Below, piece by piece: positions 28,336-37,817 of a DNA stretch of 64,000 nt. The notes below the pieces were generated by a model. The model did not search any database. It was not told the DNA's origin and saw only the letters and a program-made list of their open reading frames with translations. The stretch lies in the NCBI GenBank assembly GCA_039795165.1, contig JBDKER010000012.1, positions 50,057 to 114,056 of the forward strand. Reading direction: 5' to 3'. The stretch is from Verrucomicrobiota bacterium. GTDB taxonomy: Bacteria > Verrucomicrobiota > Verrucomicrobiia > Verrucomicrobiales > V1-33. Each line of letters begins with the position of its first letter. Within the stretch, counting starts at the first letter, position 1. The translations under genes were made by a program, and so were the position numbers.

Positions 28336-29523
28336 GTGAAAGTACCGCTTCTTGATGTCAATGCTCAGAACCTTCCGCTCGAGGCCGAGCTGACGGCAGC
28401 CTTCACTGGTGTGCTGCGGAGCGGTCAGTTCATCATGGGACCCGAGGTGGAAGCCCTGGAGCGGGAATGTGCGGCCATGGTGGAGGCGAAGCATGGGATT
28501 GGCTGTTCCTCCGGGACGGATGCGATTCTGCTGGCGCTCATGGCGCTGGGGATTGGACCGGGCGACGAGGTGCTGGTGCCGACGTTTACCTTCTTTGCGA
28601 CGGCTGGCTGTGTTTCGCGGGTGGGGGCGACGCCGGTGTTTGTGGATGCCTGTCCGGTGTGCTTCAATGTCGACGTGGCGAGTGCGGCGGGAAAGGTAAC
28701 GGAAAGGACCAAGGCGATCATTCCGGTGCATCTGTTCGGTCAGTCAGCCGACATGGATGCGGTCATGGGGCTGGCGAAGTCGCATGGGCTGGCGGTCATT
28801 GAGGATGGGGCGCAGGCGATTGGGGCGAAGTACCGCGGGCGTCCGGTGGGATCGATCGGGGACTTCGGGACGTACAGTTTTTTCCCGTCGAAGAATCTTG
28901 GTGGTTTTGGGGATGGCGGGCTGCTGGTGTGTCAGGATGATGGCTTGGCGGAGCGGGCGCGGCTGCTGCGGACGCATGGATCGAAGCCGAAGTACTATCA
29001 CAAGTTTGTGGGCGGGAATTTCCGGCTGGACCATCTGCAGGCGGCCCTGCTGCGGGTGAAGCTGGCGCGGTATGGGGATTACACGGTGAAGCGGCAGGCC
29101 AATGCGGCGCATTACAGTGCGGCCCTTGCGGAATTGCCCGGGGTGGTGACGGCGGATCCATCGCACTGCAAGTGCCGCGAGGCTCAGGATGCGTGGCTGC
29201 GGGAGACGGGAGCGAAGATTGTGCTGCCGGTGGCGTATGCGCATAACGAGCACATCTGGAATCAGTATACCCTGCGGATCATCGGGGAAGGTCGGCGCGA
29301 AGCTTTCCGCGAGCATCTCACGAAGAGCGGGATTGGCTGTGAGATCTACTATCCGGTGACCATGGATCAGCAGGAATGCTTTGCGTACACGAGTGATTTT
29401 GCGCGGTCCGGCTGTGCTACCGCGCATCAGCTGGCCTCCGAAGTCATCAGCATTCCGATTTTCCCCGAGCTGACGGTTGAGCAGCGCGAGGCGGTCATTG
29501 CGGCGATTGCGGCGTGGCAGTGA
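28336..29523 (+). CDS. wbpE: DegT/DnrJ/EryC1/StrS PLP aminotransferase (WbpE-like)
   Basis: SSGTDA, FTFFATA, PVHLFGQ, IEDGAQ, SFFPSKNLGGFGDGG, NFRLD. Confidence 0.85.
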   Translation: MKVPLLDVNAQNLPLEAELTAAFTGVLRSGQFIMGPEVEALERECAAMVEAKHGIGCSSGTDAILLALMALGIGPGDEVLVPTFTFFATAGCVSRVGATPVFVDACPVCFNVDVASAAGKVTERTKAIIPVHLFGQSADMDAVMGLAKSHGLAVIEDGAQAIGAKYRGRPVGSIGDFGTYSFFPSKNLGGFGDGGLLVCQDDGLAERARLLRTHGSKPKYYHKFVGGNFRLDHLQAALLRVKLARYGDYTVKRQANAAHYSAALAELPGVVTADPSHCKCREAQDAWLRETGAKIVLPVAYAHNEHIWNQYTLRIIGEGRREAFREHLTKSGIGCEIYYPVTMDQQECFAYTSDFARSGCATAHQLASEVISIPIFPELTVEQREAVIAAIAAWQ

Positions 29524-29586
29524 GGGAAGGCAGACCGCGGCAGGGCTGCGGGGAGGGATAGAATGGGATGATGGCTGGCTGTTACG

Positions 29587-31050
29587 ATGCTTTTCAATTC
29601 CGTCGAGTTTGCCGTCTTTCTGGCGGTGGTCCTTGGTTTGTACTGGCTGCCGCCGGTGGCTCGGGTGCTGGGGGCGTGGCAATGGGGCGTGCTCGCGGTG
29701 GCGAGTTTTGTGTTTTATGCGTGGGATGATCCGAAGCTGCTGATTCTTCTGTGCGGGAGTATTCTTTTCAATTTCGGGGTTGGGCGGGCCATGGCGCGGA
29801 AGCTGGCGGGTGGCGGGACTGTTCCGCGGGGCCTGCTGGCGTTCGGGGTCGCGGCGAATCTGGTGCTGCTGGCGGCCTTCAAGTATGCCGGCCTGTTTGG
29901 CGAGCTGCTGTTTGCCGGGGAGGGGCGGGCGGAGTTGAGGGCATCGCTTCATGCCATTCCGCTGCCCGTGGGAATCTCCTTCTATACGTTTCACGCGATC
30001 TCGTTTCTGGTGGACCTGTCGCGGGCGGGAGGAGCCGAGCCGAAGCTGGTGCCGTTTGCGGAAGAGCTGGCGGGCCGGGGGCTGCTGCGTCCACTGGGCA
30101 AGCTGGCCTTGTACATCAACTTCTTTCCGCAGCTGGTGGCGGGACCGATCATGAAGGCGCGGGAGTTTCTTCCGCAGATCGGGCCGCGGGAGCTCCGGGA
30201 CATTCCGTGGCGGGTGGCGCTGCGTTATCTGATCACGGGATTTTTTCTGAAGATGGTGGTGGCCGACAATCTGCGGGAGCACACTGATCTCATTGGGACG
30301 ACGAATGTGCTGTGGATGAAGAAGCTGGATCTGGTGGGAATGCTGTATGGGTATTCGTTCCGGATTTTTGCGGATTTCGCGGGGTATTCGCTGATTGCGC
30401 TAGGGTTGGCGGCCCTGTGTGGGTACCGTCTGCCGGTGAACTTCAATTATCCGTATGTGTCGGCCTCGGTGACCGAATTCTGGCGGCGGTGGCACATATC
30501 GCTGAGCAACTGGCTGCGTGACTATCTTTATTTTCCGCTGGGTGGGAACCGGAAGGGATCAGGCCGGACCTATTTCAATTTGTTTCTGGTGATGCTGCTG
30601 GGTGGTCTGTGGCATGGTGCGGCGTGGCGGTTTGCGCTGTGGGGCGCGGCGCATGGCGTGCTGCTGGCGGTGGAGCGGCTCCTTGGGGTGCAGGCCGGCG
30701 AGAGTTCCGCGGCGCAGCGGTCGTGGCGGCAATTCGGGAGAATCATCCTGACCTTTCATCTGGTATCTCTTGTGTGGCTGCTGTTTGCGATGCCCGATCT
30801 GGAATCGCTCCGGAGGTATCTGGGGGCGCTGTGGGATGCGCCCATGGGCATGCGGGGTCGGGCGACTTTCCTTGTGGGGGTGTATGGCCTGCCGGTCGTG
30901 CTCTATCATCTGTGGGGGTATTTCCGACCGGTGGCGGCGGGCGGGGCCCGGTGGCGGCGGGTGGGCGAGCCGCTGGTGTTCGGGCTGATGCTGTATCTGA
31001 CGCTGGTGAATGCCGGGGTGGGTGGATCCTTCATCTATTTTCAGTTCTGA
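29587..31050 (+). CDS. MBOAT O-acyltransferase (AlgI/DltB-like)
   Basis: MLFNS, LPVGISFYTF, FFPQLVAGPI, DFAGYS, EFWRRWHISLS, GLWHGA, FIYFQF. Confidence 0.95.
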   Translation: MLFNSVEFAVFLAVVLGLYWLPPVARVLGAWQWGVLAVASFVFYAWDDPKLLILLCGSILFNFGVGRAMARKLAGGGTVPRGLLAFGVAANLVLLAAFKYAGLFGELLFAGEGRAELRASLHAIPLPVGISFYTFHAISFLVDLSRAGGAEPKLVPFAEELAGRGLLRPLGKLALYINFFPQLVAGPIMKAREFLPQIGPRELRDIPWRVALRYLITGFFLKMVVADNLREHTDLIGTTNVLWMKKLDLVGMLYGYSFRIFADFAGYSLIALGLAALCGYRLPVNFNYPYVSASVTEFWRRWHISLSNWLRDYLYFPLGGNRKGSGRTYFNLFLVMLLGGLWHGAAWRFALWGAAHGVLLAVERLLGVQAGESSAAQRSWRQFGRIILTFHLVSLVWLLFAMPDLESLRRYLGALWDAPMGMRGRATFLVGVYGLPVVLYHLWGYFRPVAAGGARWRRVGEPLVFGLMLYLTLVNAGVGGSFIYFQF

Positions 31051-31054
31051 GCTG

Positions 31055-31879
31055 ATGAGGATACCACATGAACTGATGGTGACGGCAGGGCTGCTGGCGG
31101 TGCATGCCGTGGGGATCACTGCGCCTGGGCGGAAGGTGGAGCTTTCGACTTCCAATATCATCACGAACTGCATCCGGATCAGCGATCTGCGGGCCGAGAC
31201 GAGGCCCAGTCATGTGCTGGCGGGGTCGAGCATGACCGGTCGGCTTGATGCCGGGGCGGCGGCATCGGTGGCTGGGGTGCCGTTTGTGAATCTGGGATTG
31301 GATGGCTGTGGACCGGTGGAGGCTCTGGATTTTCTGCTGGAGTCGGGACTGCGGCCGCTCACGGTTTTTGTGGAGGTGAATGCGGCGGGGTCGGTTGCGC
31401 CGGAGAATGCGCGTGCGGTCGCCGAGGCGGCTGGGGGAATGGGGCACCGGATCCGGGAAGCTGTTCCCTTTCTGCGGTATCGGGAGCGGCCTGTGGATCT
31501 GGTTTATTCGCGGCTGCATAGCCGGGTGAAGTCGGGCGAGGATGGGGGAGGAGCCGTGGAGTTGCCAGCCATGGAGGTCGCCGTGGCGGAAGGCGGGAAT
31601 GATCCCATTGCGGCGGCGCTGCTGGAACGGGTGGTGCGGATCCGGATGCTGGGAGCACGGGTGATTCTGGTGATGCTGCCCGATCAGGGGCGCGAGCGGG
31701 AGCGTGAGTACCGCATCGCGCGGCAGGTCAGTGCTGCGGCGGGGATTCCGCTGCTGGATCTGAAGCCGGCGCTGGATCGGGCGCTGGTGTATACGGATTC
31801 GGTGCACCTCGCCGCTGGTTCCGGGGCGCGGCTGGCGGCGGCGCTGGGGATGTTGGTTCGGAAGAAGGAACAGCCATGA
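31055..31879 (+). CDS. SGNH-like partner of the MBOAT (AlgJ/DltD-type role)
   Basis: LAGSSMT, NLGLDG, YTDSVHL motifs; starts 4 nt after the MBOAT stop. Confidence 0.7.
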   Translation: MRIPHELMVTAGLLAVHAVGITAPGRKVELSTSNIITNCIRISDLRAETRPSHVLAGSSMTGRLDAGAAASVAGVPFVNLGLDGCGPVEALDFLLESGLRPLTVFVEVNAAGSVAPENARAVAEAAGGMGHRIREAVPFLRYRERPVDLVYSRLHSRVKSGEDGGGAVELPAMEVAVAEGGNDPIAAALLERVVRIRMLGARVILVMLPDQGREREREYRIARQVSAAAGIPLLDLKPALDRALVYTDSVHLAAGSGARLAAALGMLVRKKEQP

Positions 31880-33084
31880 AGCATCTCATCATCATTGGAG
31901 GGGGAATCGTCGGGTTGGCCACCGCCGTGCGTGCGGCTGAGGCGAGGCTCGCGGAGCGGATCACGGTTCTTGAGAAGGAGTCCGCGGCTGGCCGTCATCA
32001 GAGCAGTCACAATTCCGGCGTCCTGCACTGTGGTTTGTACTATCAGCCGGGGTCGCTCAAGGCGCGGCTGGCGGTTGAGGGGATCCGGGAGATGACTGCC
32101 TTCTGTGCGGAAGAGAAGGTTCCTTATGAAATCTGCGGGAAGATTGTGCTGGCTGTGGATGAGGCCGAAGCCGTGCGGCTGCGGGCACTGCTGGAGCGCG
32201 GGACTGCCAATGGGCTGCGGGGGCTGCGGTGGCTGGATCAGGAACAGCTCCGCGGGATTGAGCCGCATGCGCGTGGGGTGGCTGCGCTGCAGGTTCCCGA
32301 AGAAGGGATTGTCGACTACCCGGCGGTGATGCGGGCGATGGTGCGGAGGCTGGAGGCTGCGGGTCATGAGGTACGGACGGGGGCCGCGGTGAGCGGAGTC
32401 ACGACTGAGGGTAGCGGGCAGATTGTGCACAGTACGGCTGGTGATTTCCGGGGGGATTATGTGGTGAACTGTGCGGGGCTGCAGTGCGACCGGGTGGCGC
32501 GCAGTGCGGGCTTGCGGCCTGACTGCCGGATTGTGCCGTTCCGGGGGGACTACTGGAAGCTGTCTGCGCGGGGTGAGCGGCTGGTACGGCATCTGATTTA
32601 TCCGGTGCCTGATCCGACCCTGCCGTTTCTGGGTGTGCATTTCACGAGGATGATTGGCGGCGGGATTGAAGCGGGGCCGAATGCGGTGCTGGCGTTTCGG
32701 CGCGAAGGGTATCGCCGGACCGACTTTTCGCTGCGCGACACGTGGGAGAGCCTGACGTTTCCGGGGCTCTACCGGTTTGTGAAGAAGTACCCGGGGACCA
32801 CGTGGGCCGAGCTGCGGAACTCCTTCAGCCGGGAGGTCTTTCTGCGCAATCTGCAGCGGCTTATTCCGGAGATCACGATGGATGATCTGGCTCCGGAGGG
32901 AGGCAGCGGGGTGCGCGCGCAGGCCATACACCGCGATGGTTCTCTGCTCATGGATTTCACGATCAGTCAGGTTCCCGGGCAGCTGCATCTTCTCAATGCA
33001 CCGTCGCCGGGAGCCACTGCTTCGCTCGCGATTGGCAGATATCTGGTTTCCTTGATCCAGACCGGGAGCTACGGTGGATCATGA
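31876..33084 (+). CDS. lhgO: L-2-hydroxyglutarate oxidase family FAD oxidoreductase
   Basis: IGGGIVGLAT, HQSSHNSGVLHCGLYY, LIYPVPDP, FLGVHFT, GVRAQA, NAPSPGATASLAIG. Confidence 0.92.
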   Translation: MKHLIIIGGGIVGLATAVRAAEARLAERITVLEKESAAGRHQSSHNSGVLHCGLYYQPGSLKARLAVEGIREMTAFCAEEKVPYEICGKIVLAVDEAEAVRLRALLERGTANGLRGLRWLDQEQLRGIEPHARGVAALQVPEEGIVDYPAVMRAMVRRLEAAGHEVRTGAAVSGVTTEGSGQIVHSTAGDFRGDYVVNCAGLQCDRVARSAGLRPDCRIVPFRGDYWKLSARGERLVRHLIYPVPDPTLPFLGVHFTRMIGGGIEAGPNAVLAFRREGYRRTDFSLRDTWESLTFPGLYRFVKKYPGTTWAELRNSFSREVFLRNLQRLIPEITMDDLAPEGGSGVRAQAIHRDGSLLMDFTISQVPGQLHLLNAPSPGATASLAIGRYLVSLIQTGSYGGS

Positions 33085-33956
33085 ATCAGACCGCAAAGAG
33101 TTTTTCCGACAAATGGCACCGCAACCGGGACCTCGCGTTTTCCGAAACCCTGCGGGAGGGATCCGAGATTCAGCAATGGATATTGAAGCGCAATGGATGG
33201 AATGGACCGGAGGATCTGCACGCGCATCTGTCGGAACGGAGGCGGTTGCTCGATGCCGGCTGTGGAAATGGGCGGGTGACCGCATTGCTGCGTCAGCATG
33301 CTCACAGCGAGGCCACCGTGACCGGGATTGATCTGACGGCGGCGGATGTGGCTCGGGAGAATCTTGCGGGGACTGAGCGGACGGAATTCTTCACGCGGGA
33401 TCTGCTTGGGGATCTCGCTGATCAGGGTCGGTTTGATTTCATCTACTGTCAGGAAGTGCTGCATCATACTGCCGATGCGCGGCGGGCCTTTCTGAATCTG
33501 AGTGGTCTTCTGGCTCCCGGGGGTGAGCTGGCGATTTACGTGTACCGGGTGAAGGCGGCGGCGCGGGAATTCACGGATGACTTTGTGCGGGAGGCGATTT
33601 CTGCGATGCCCTATGAGGAAGCGATGGCGGTGTGCCGGCAGATCACGGCGCTGGGGAAGGCGCTGCATGACAGTGGGCAAGTCGTGCGGGTGCCTGAGGT
33701 GCCGGTGCTGGGGATCTCTGCGGGAGAGTATCCGGTGCAGCGGCTTCTGTATCATTTCTTCCTGAAGTGCTTCTGGAACGACGCACTCTCCTTCGAGGAC
33801 AATGCGGTGATCAACTACGACTGGTTTCATCCGCAGCTGGCGACGCGGCATACCATGCCCGAGGTGCTCGGCTGGTTTCAGGAAGCGGGGCTGCGTGTCG
33901 AGCACCGTCTTGAGGACGAGTATGGGATCACGGTGCGGGGAACCGCCGTGGTCTGA
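33081..33956 (+). CDS. Class I SAM-dependent methyltransferase
   Basis: LLDAGCGNGR, FDFIYCQEVLHHT, LAPGG. Confidence 0.88.
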   Translation: MNQTAKSFSDKWHRNRDLAFSETLREGSEIQQWILKRNGWNGPEDLHAHLSERRRLLDAGCGNGRVTALLRQHAHSEATVTGIDLTAADVARENLAGTERTEFFTRDLLGDLADQGRFDFIYCQEVLHHTADARRAFLNLSGLLAPGGELAIYVYRVKAAAREFTDDFVREAISAMPYEEAMAVCRQITALGKALHDSGQVVRVPEVPVLGISAGEYPVQRLLYHFFLKCFWNDALSFEDNAVINYDWFHPQLATRHTMPEVLGWFQEAGLRVEHRLEDEYGITVRGTAVV

Positions 33957-33996
33957 CGGGACTTTTCACTGACTAAACTCAAACAAACCCTGCATT

Positions 33997-34983
33997 ATGG
34001 ATCTCAATGGAAAACGCATACTGGTGATTGGCGGTGCTGGCCTGATTGGTTCGCATGTGGTTGATCAGCTTCTGAAGGAACCGGTGAAGGAGGTTCTGAT
34101 TTACGACAATTTCACGCGTGGACGGGAGGACAACCTGCGGGAAGCGCTCAAGGATCCGCGGTGCCGGGTTTTTGAGATTGGGGGGGACATCACGCAGCGG
34201 GACATTCTGGAGAAGGCGATGGAGGGGATTGACGGGGTGTTTCATCTGGCGGCGCTGTGGCTGCTGCATTGTCATGAATTCCCGGAGAGTGCGTTCCGGG
34301 TGAATGTGGAGGGGACGTTCAACGTGATCATGGCGGCGATCCGGAGCAAGGTGCAGCGGGTGGTGTATTCGTCGTCGGCGTCGGTGTATGGGAATGCCGT
34401 TGAGATTCCGATGACGGAGGAGCATCCGTACAACAACGACACCTTCTATGGGGCGACGAAGATTGCGGGCGAGCACATGTTTCTGTCGCTGGGGAAGCGG
34501 TATCAGCTTCCGTGGGTTGGGTTGCGGTACATGAATGTGTACGGTCCGCGGCAGGATTACAAAGGGGCGTACATTGCTGTGATGCACAAGATACTGGACC
34601 GTCTGGAATCGGGCGGGCGGCCGCAGGTTTACGGGGATGGTTCGCAGCAGTATGATTTCGTGGCGGTGGAGGACGTGGCGCGGGCTAATATCTGTGCGAT
34701 GAAGTCCGAGGCGACCGGCAAGAGCTACAATGTGGGCCGGGGCATCGGGACGAGCATCAAGGAACTGACCGAGCTGCTGATCCGGCTTTCCGGGAAGGAA
34801 GCCGATATCGAGTATCTGCCGGCAGGGCTGACGTTTGTGACCAACCGGATTGGTTCGACGGAGGCTGCCGAGCGTGATTTGGGTTTCCAGTGGACGATTG
34901 GGCTGGAGGATGGGATGCAGCGGCTCATTGACTGGCGGCGGAGCTACATTGCCGAGCTGGAGGCGCGCAAGCAGCGGAGCTGA
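33997..34983 (+). CDS. NAD-dependent nucleotide-sugar epimerase/dehydratase
   Basis: GGAGLIG, SSSASVYG, YGATK, RYMNVYGPRQ. Confidence 0.92.
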   Translation: MDLNGKRILVIGGAGLIGSHVVDQLLKEPVKEVLIYDNFTRGREDNLREALKDPRCRVFEIGGDITQRDILEKAMEGIDGVFHLAALWLLHCHEFPESAFRVNVEGTFNVIMAAIRSKVQRVVYSSSASVYGNAVEIPMTEEHPYNNDTFYGATKIAGEHMFLSLGKRYQLPWVGLRYMNVYGPRQDYKGAYIAVMHKILDRLESGGRPQVYGDGSQQYDFVAVEDVARANICAMKSEATGKSYNVGRGIGTSIKELTELLIRLSGKEADIEYLPAGLTFVTNRIGSTEAAERDLGFQWTIGLEDGMQRLIDWRRSYIAELEARKQRS

Positions 34984-35027
34984 CTGGTCTGGAGCGATGG
35001 AGCGAAGTCCCCTTCCCTGATGAGGTC

Positions 35028-35885
35028 ATGAGAATTCTTGTTGCTGGCGGCACTGGTTTCATTGGGTCGCATCTGGTGCCTGCGCTGGAGGCTGCGGGTC
35101 ATGAGGTGGCGGTGCTGGTGCGGCCGGGTGGGGAGGGCCGGGTGGCGGCGGGTGCTGCTGCCGTGACGGCGGATCTTGGGAATCTATCGGCTGATCGTCT
35201 TCCGGCGGCGGACGTGCTCATTCATCTGGCGCAGGCGAATCTTGGTTTTCCGGAGCATGCCGGCGAACTGCTGGCGGTGAACTGCGGCAGTGCAGTGGCC
35301 ATGGCGGTGCATGGGGTGCGCTGCGGGGCCCGGCGGATGATTTATGCTTCCTCCGGGTCCGTGTATGGATTTGCGCGGGAGGTGATTACCGAGTCGCACG
35401 CGCTGGCGGGGACTGGTTATTATGCCCAGACGAAGCTGGCAGCGGAGGCCTTGCTGGGAGAATTCCGTGGCAGGCTGGCGGTCGATCTGCTGCGCATCTT
35501 CAGTCCGTATGGGTTGGGGCAGCAGGGATTCCGGCTGATTCCGGACATTGTGTCGCGGGTGCGGGAGGGTCGGCCGGTCCTTGTGCGGTCGAATGGGATG
35601 CCGGGTCTGAGTCCGGTACTGGTGGGGGATGTGGTGCGGGTGGTGCTGGCGCGCCTTGGAGCGGAGGGATCCGAGACATTCAATGTCTGTGGGCCTGAGG
35701 CGACGGGGATCCGGGAGATTGCGGAGGTGGCGGGTCGGCTGCTTGGGCGTGAGCCTGTTTTCGGGGAGCATGAGGTTCCGCTGGAAGGCGGGATTGCGGC
35801 GAGCGGTGCGAAGATGACGGCTCTGACCGGGGTGGTTCCGGTGTCTGTGCAGGAAGGTCTCGTGACCATGTGTGCCGGGAACTGA
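35028..35885 (+). CDS. NAD-dependent epimerase/dehydratase (extended SDR)
   Basis: GGTGFIG, ASSGSVYG, YAQTK. Confidence 0.88.
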   Translation: MRILVAGGTGFIGSHLVPALEAAGHEVAVLVRPGGEGRVAAGAAAVTADLGNLSADRLPAADVLIHLAQANLGFPEHAGELLAVNCGSAVAMAVHGVRCGARRMIYASSGSVYGFAREVITESHALAGTGYYAQTKLAAEALLGEFRGRLAVDLLRIFSPYGLGQQGFRLIPDIVSRVREGRPVLVRSNGMPGLSPVLVGDVVRVVLARLGAEGSETFNVCGPEATGIREIAEVAGRLLGREPVFGEHEVPLEGGIAASGAKMTALTGVVPVSVQEGLVTMCAGN

Positions 35886-35915
35886 GCGGCCGGCAAATTC
35901 AGCGAATCAATCATC

Positions 35916-37784
35916 ATGTGCGGCATTGCAGGAATCCTTCATCATGATGGCGCACCCGCTTCCCGGGACGCCTTGCGGGGTATGACCGATGCCATTGCGC
36001 ATCGTGGTCCGGATGGGGAGGGACAGTGGGTGAGCGGGCCGGTGGGATTGGGGCATCGGCGGCTGGCGATCATTGATCTGACGGAGGCGGGCAGTCAGCC
36101 GATGGCGACCGAGGACGGTCAGGTGGTGCTTTCGTACAACGGAGAGATCTATAATTTCCGGGAACTGCGGGACGAATTGGAGCGTTGTGGTCATGTCTTC
36201 CGGTCGCGGAGTGATACGGAGGTGCTGCTGCGTGGGTATGTGGAGTGGGGGGAAGCGGTGGTGGGTCGGCTCAATGGGATGTTTGGCTTTGCGGTATGGG
36301 ATGGGCGGAAGGGGACGCTGCTGCTGGCGAGGGACCGTTATGGGGTGAAGCCGTTGTATTATGGGGAATGGGGCGGGGTGTTTCTGTTCGGGAGCGAGGT
36401 CAAGGCGGTGCTGGCGCATCCTGCGTCGCGGGCGGTTCTTGATGAGGAAGGGCTGCTGGAGTATTTCACCTTTCAGAATTTCTTCACGGACCGGACCATG
36501 TTCCGCGGGGTGAAGCTGCTGCCGGCGGGCTGTCTGCTGACGGTGCGGGCGGGGTCGGCACCGGTGCTGCGGAGATTCTGGGATTTTCAGTTCACGGAAG
36601 ACCCGTCGCTGAGCGGGCCTGAGGCCATTGAGGAACTTGACCGGCTTTTCCGTCAGGCGGTTTCGCGTCAGATGGTGAGTGATGTGGACATTGGATCCTA
36701 TCTGAGCGGGGGGATGGATTCGGGGTCGATCAGTGCGCTGGCGGCGCAGCAGGTGCCTTTGCTGCGGACGTTCACGTGCGGGTTTGATCTGCGTTCGGCG
36801 TCGGGGATCGAGTTGAGTTTTGATGAGCGGGCGCGGGCTGAGCACATGTCGTATCTGTTCCGGACGGAGCATTACGAGATGGTGCTGAAGAGCGGGGACA
36901 TGGAGCGGATCATGCCGCGGTTTGCGTGGCATCTGGAAGAGCCTCGGGTGGGGCAGAGTTATCCGAATTTCTATGCGGCGTATCTGGCGAGCCGGTTTGT
37001 GAAGGTATGTCTTTCCGGTGCTGGCGGGGATGAATTGTTCGGTGGGTATCCTTGGCGGTATTACCGGGCCGCGGTGAATACAGGCTTCGAGGATTACATC
37101 GACAAGTATTACAGTTACTGGCAGCGGCTGATTCCGTCGCAGCTGACGGCATCATTCTTTGGACCGGTGTGGGAGAAGGTGCGTGGGGTGAGCACGCGGG
37201 ATATTTTCCGCGGGGTCTTTGCGACGCATGCGAGTGAGCTGCGGCGGCCTGAGGATTACATCAATCACTCGCTGTATTTTGAAGCGAAGACTTTTCTGCA
37301 TGGTTTGCTGGTGGTGGAGGACAAGCTGAGCATGGCGCACAGTCTGGAGACGCGGGTTCCGTTTCTGGACAATGATCTGGTGGATTTTGCGCAGCGGCTG
37401 CCGGTGGCGATGAAGCTGCGGAATCTTGGCGAGGTGACGAGGATCAACGAGAACGAGACCGGGGCCAAGGCGGTGCGGTATTTTCAGCGGACGAGCGATG
37501 GGAAGCTGGCGCTGCGCGAGATCATGAAGCGGTATGTGCCCGATGAGATTTCGGGTGGGGAGAAGCAGGGCTTTTCGGCTCCGGATGCGGCGTGGTTCAA
37601 GGGCGAGAGCATTGACTATGTGAGGAAGGAGCTGATGGGTGGAGATGCGCGCATCTGGCAGGTGCTCGACCGCGGGACGGCTCTGTCGCTGGTGCAGGAG
37701 CATCTGGACGGCCGGGAGAACCGGCGGCTGCTGATCTGGTCGCTGCTCAACGTCGAGTGGATGATGCGGCGGTTCGGGCTGTAG
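35916..37784 (+). CDS. Asparagine-synthase-like glutamine amidotransferase (probable sugar amidation)
   Basis: MCGIAG, HRGPD, NGEIYN, LSGGMDS, SGAGGDELFGGY, ETRVPFLD. Confidence 0.92.
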   Translation: MCGIAGILHHDGAPASRDALRGMTDAIAHRGPDGEGQWVSGPVGLGHRRLAIIDLTEAGSQPMATEDGQVVLSYNGEIYNFRELRDELERCGHVFRSRSDTEVLLRGYVEWGEAVVGRLNGMFGFAVWDGRKGTLLLARDRYGVKPLYYGEWGGVFLFGSEVKAVLAHPASRAVLDEEGLLEYFTFQNFFTDRTMFRGVKLLPAGCLLTVRAGSAPVLRRFWDFQFTEDPSLSGPEAIEELDRLFRQAVSRQMVSDVDIGSYLSGGMDSGSISALAAQQVPLLRTFTCGFDLRSASGIELSFDERARAEHMSYLFRTEHYEMVLKSGDMERIMPRFAWHLEEPRVGQSYPNFYAAYLASRFVKVCLSGAGGDELFGGYPWRYYRAAVNTGFEDYIDKYYSYWQRLIPSQLTASFFGPVWEKVRGVSTRDIFRGVFATHASELRRPEDYINHSLYFEAKTFLHGLLVVEDKLSMAHSLETRVPFLDNDLVDFAQRLPVAMKLRNLGEVTRINENETGAKAVRYFQRTSDGKLALREIMKRYVPDEISGGEKQGFSAPDAAWFKGESIDYVRKELMGGDARIWQVLDRGTALSLVQEHLDGRENRRLLIWSLLNVEWMMRRFGL

Positions 37785-37817
37785 GGTGGAGTGGGTAATG
37801 GGCTTTCGGAATCTGGA

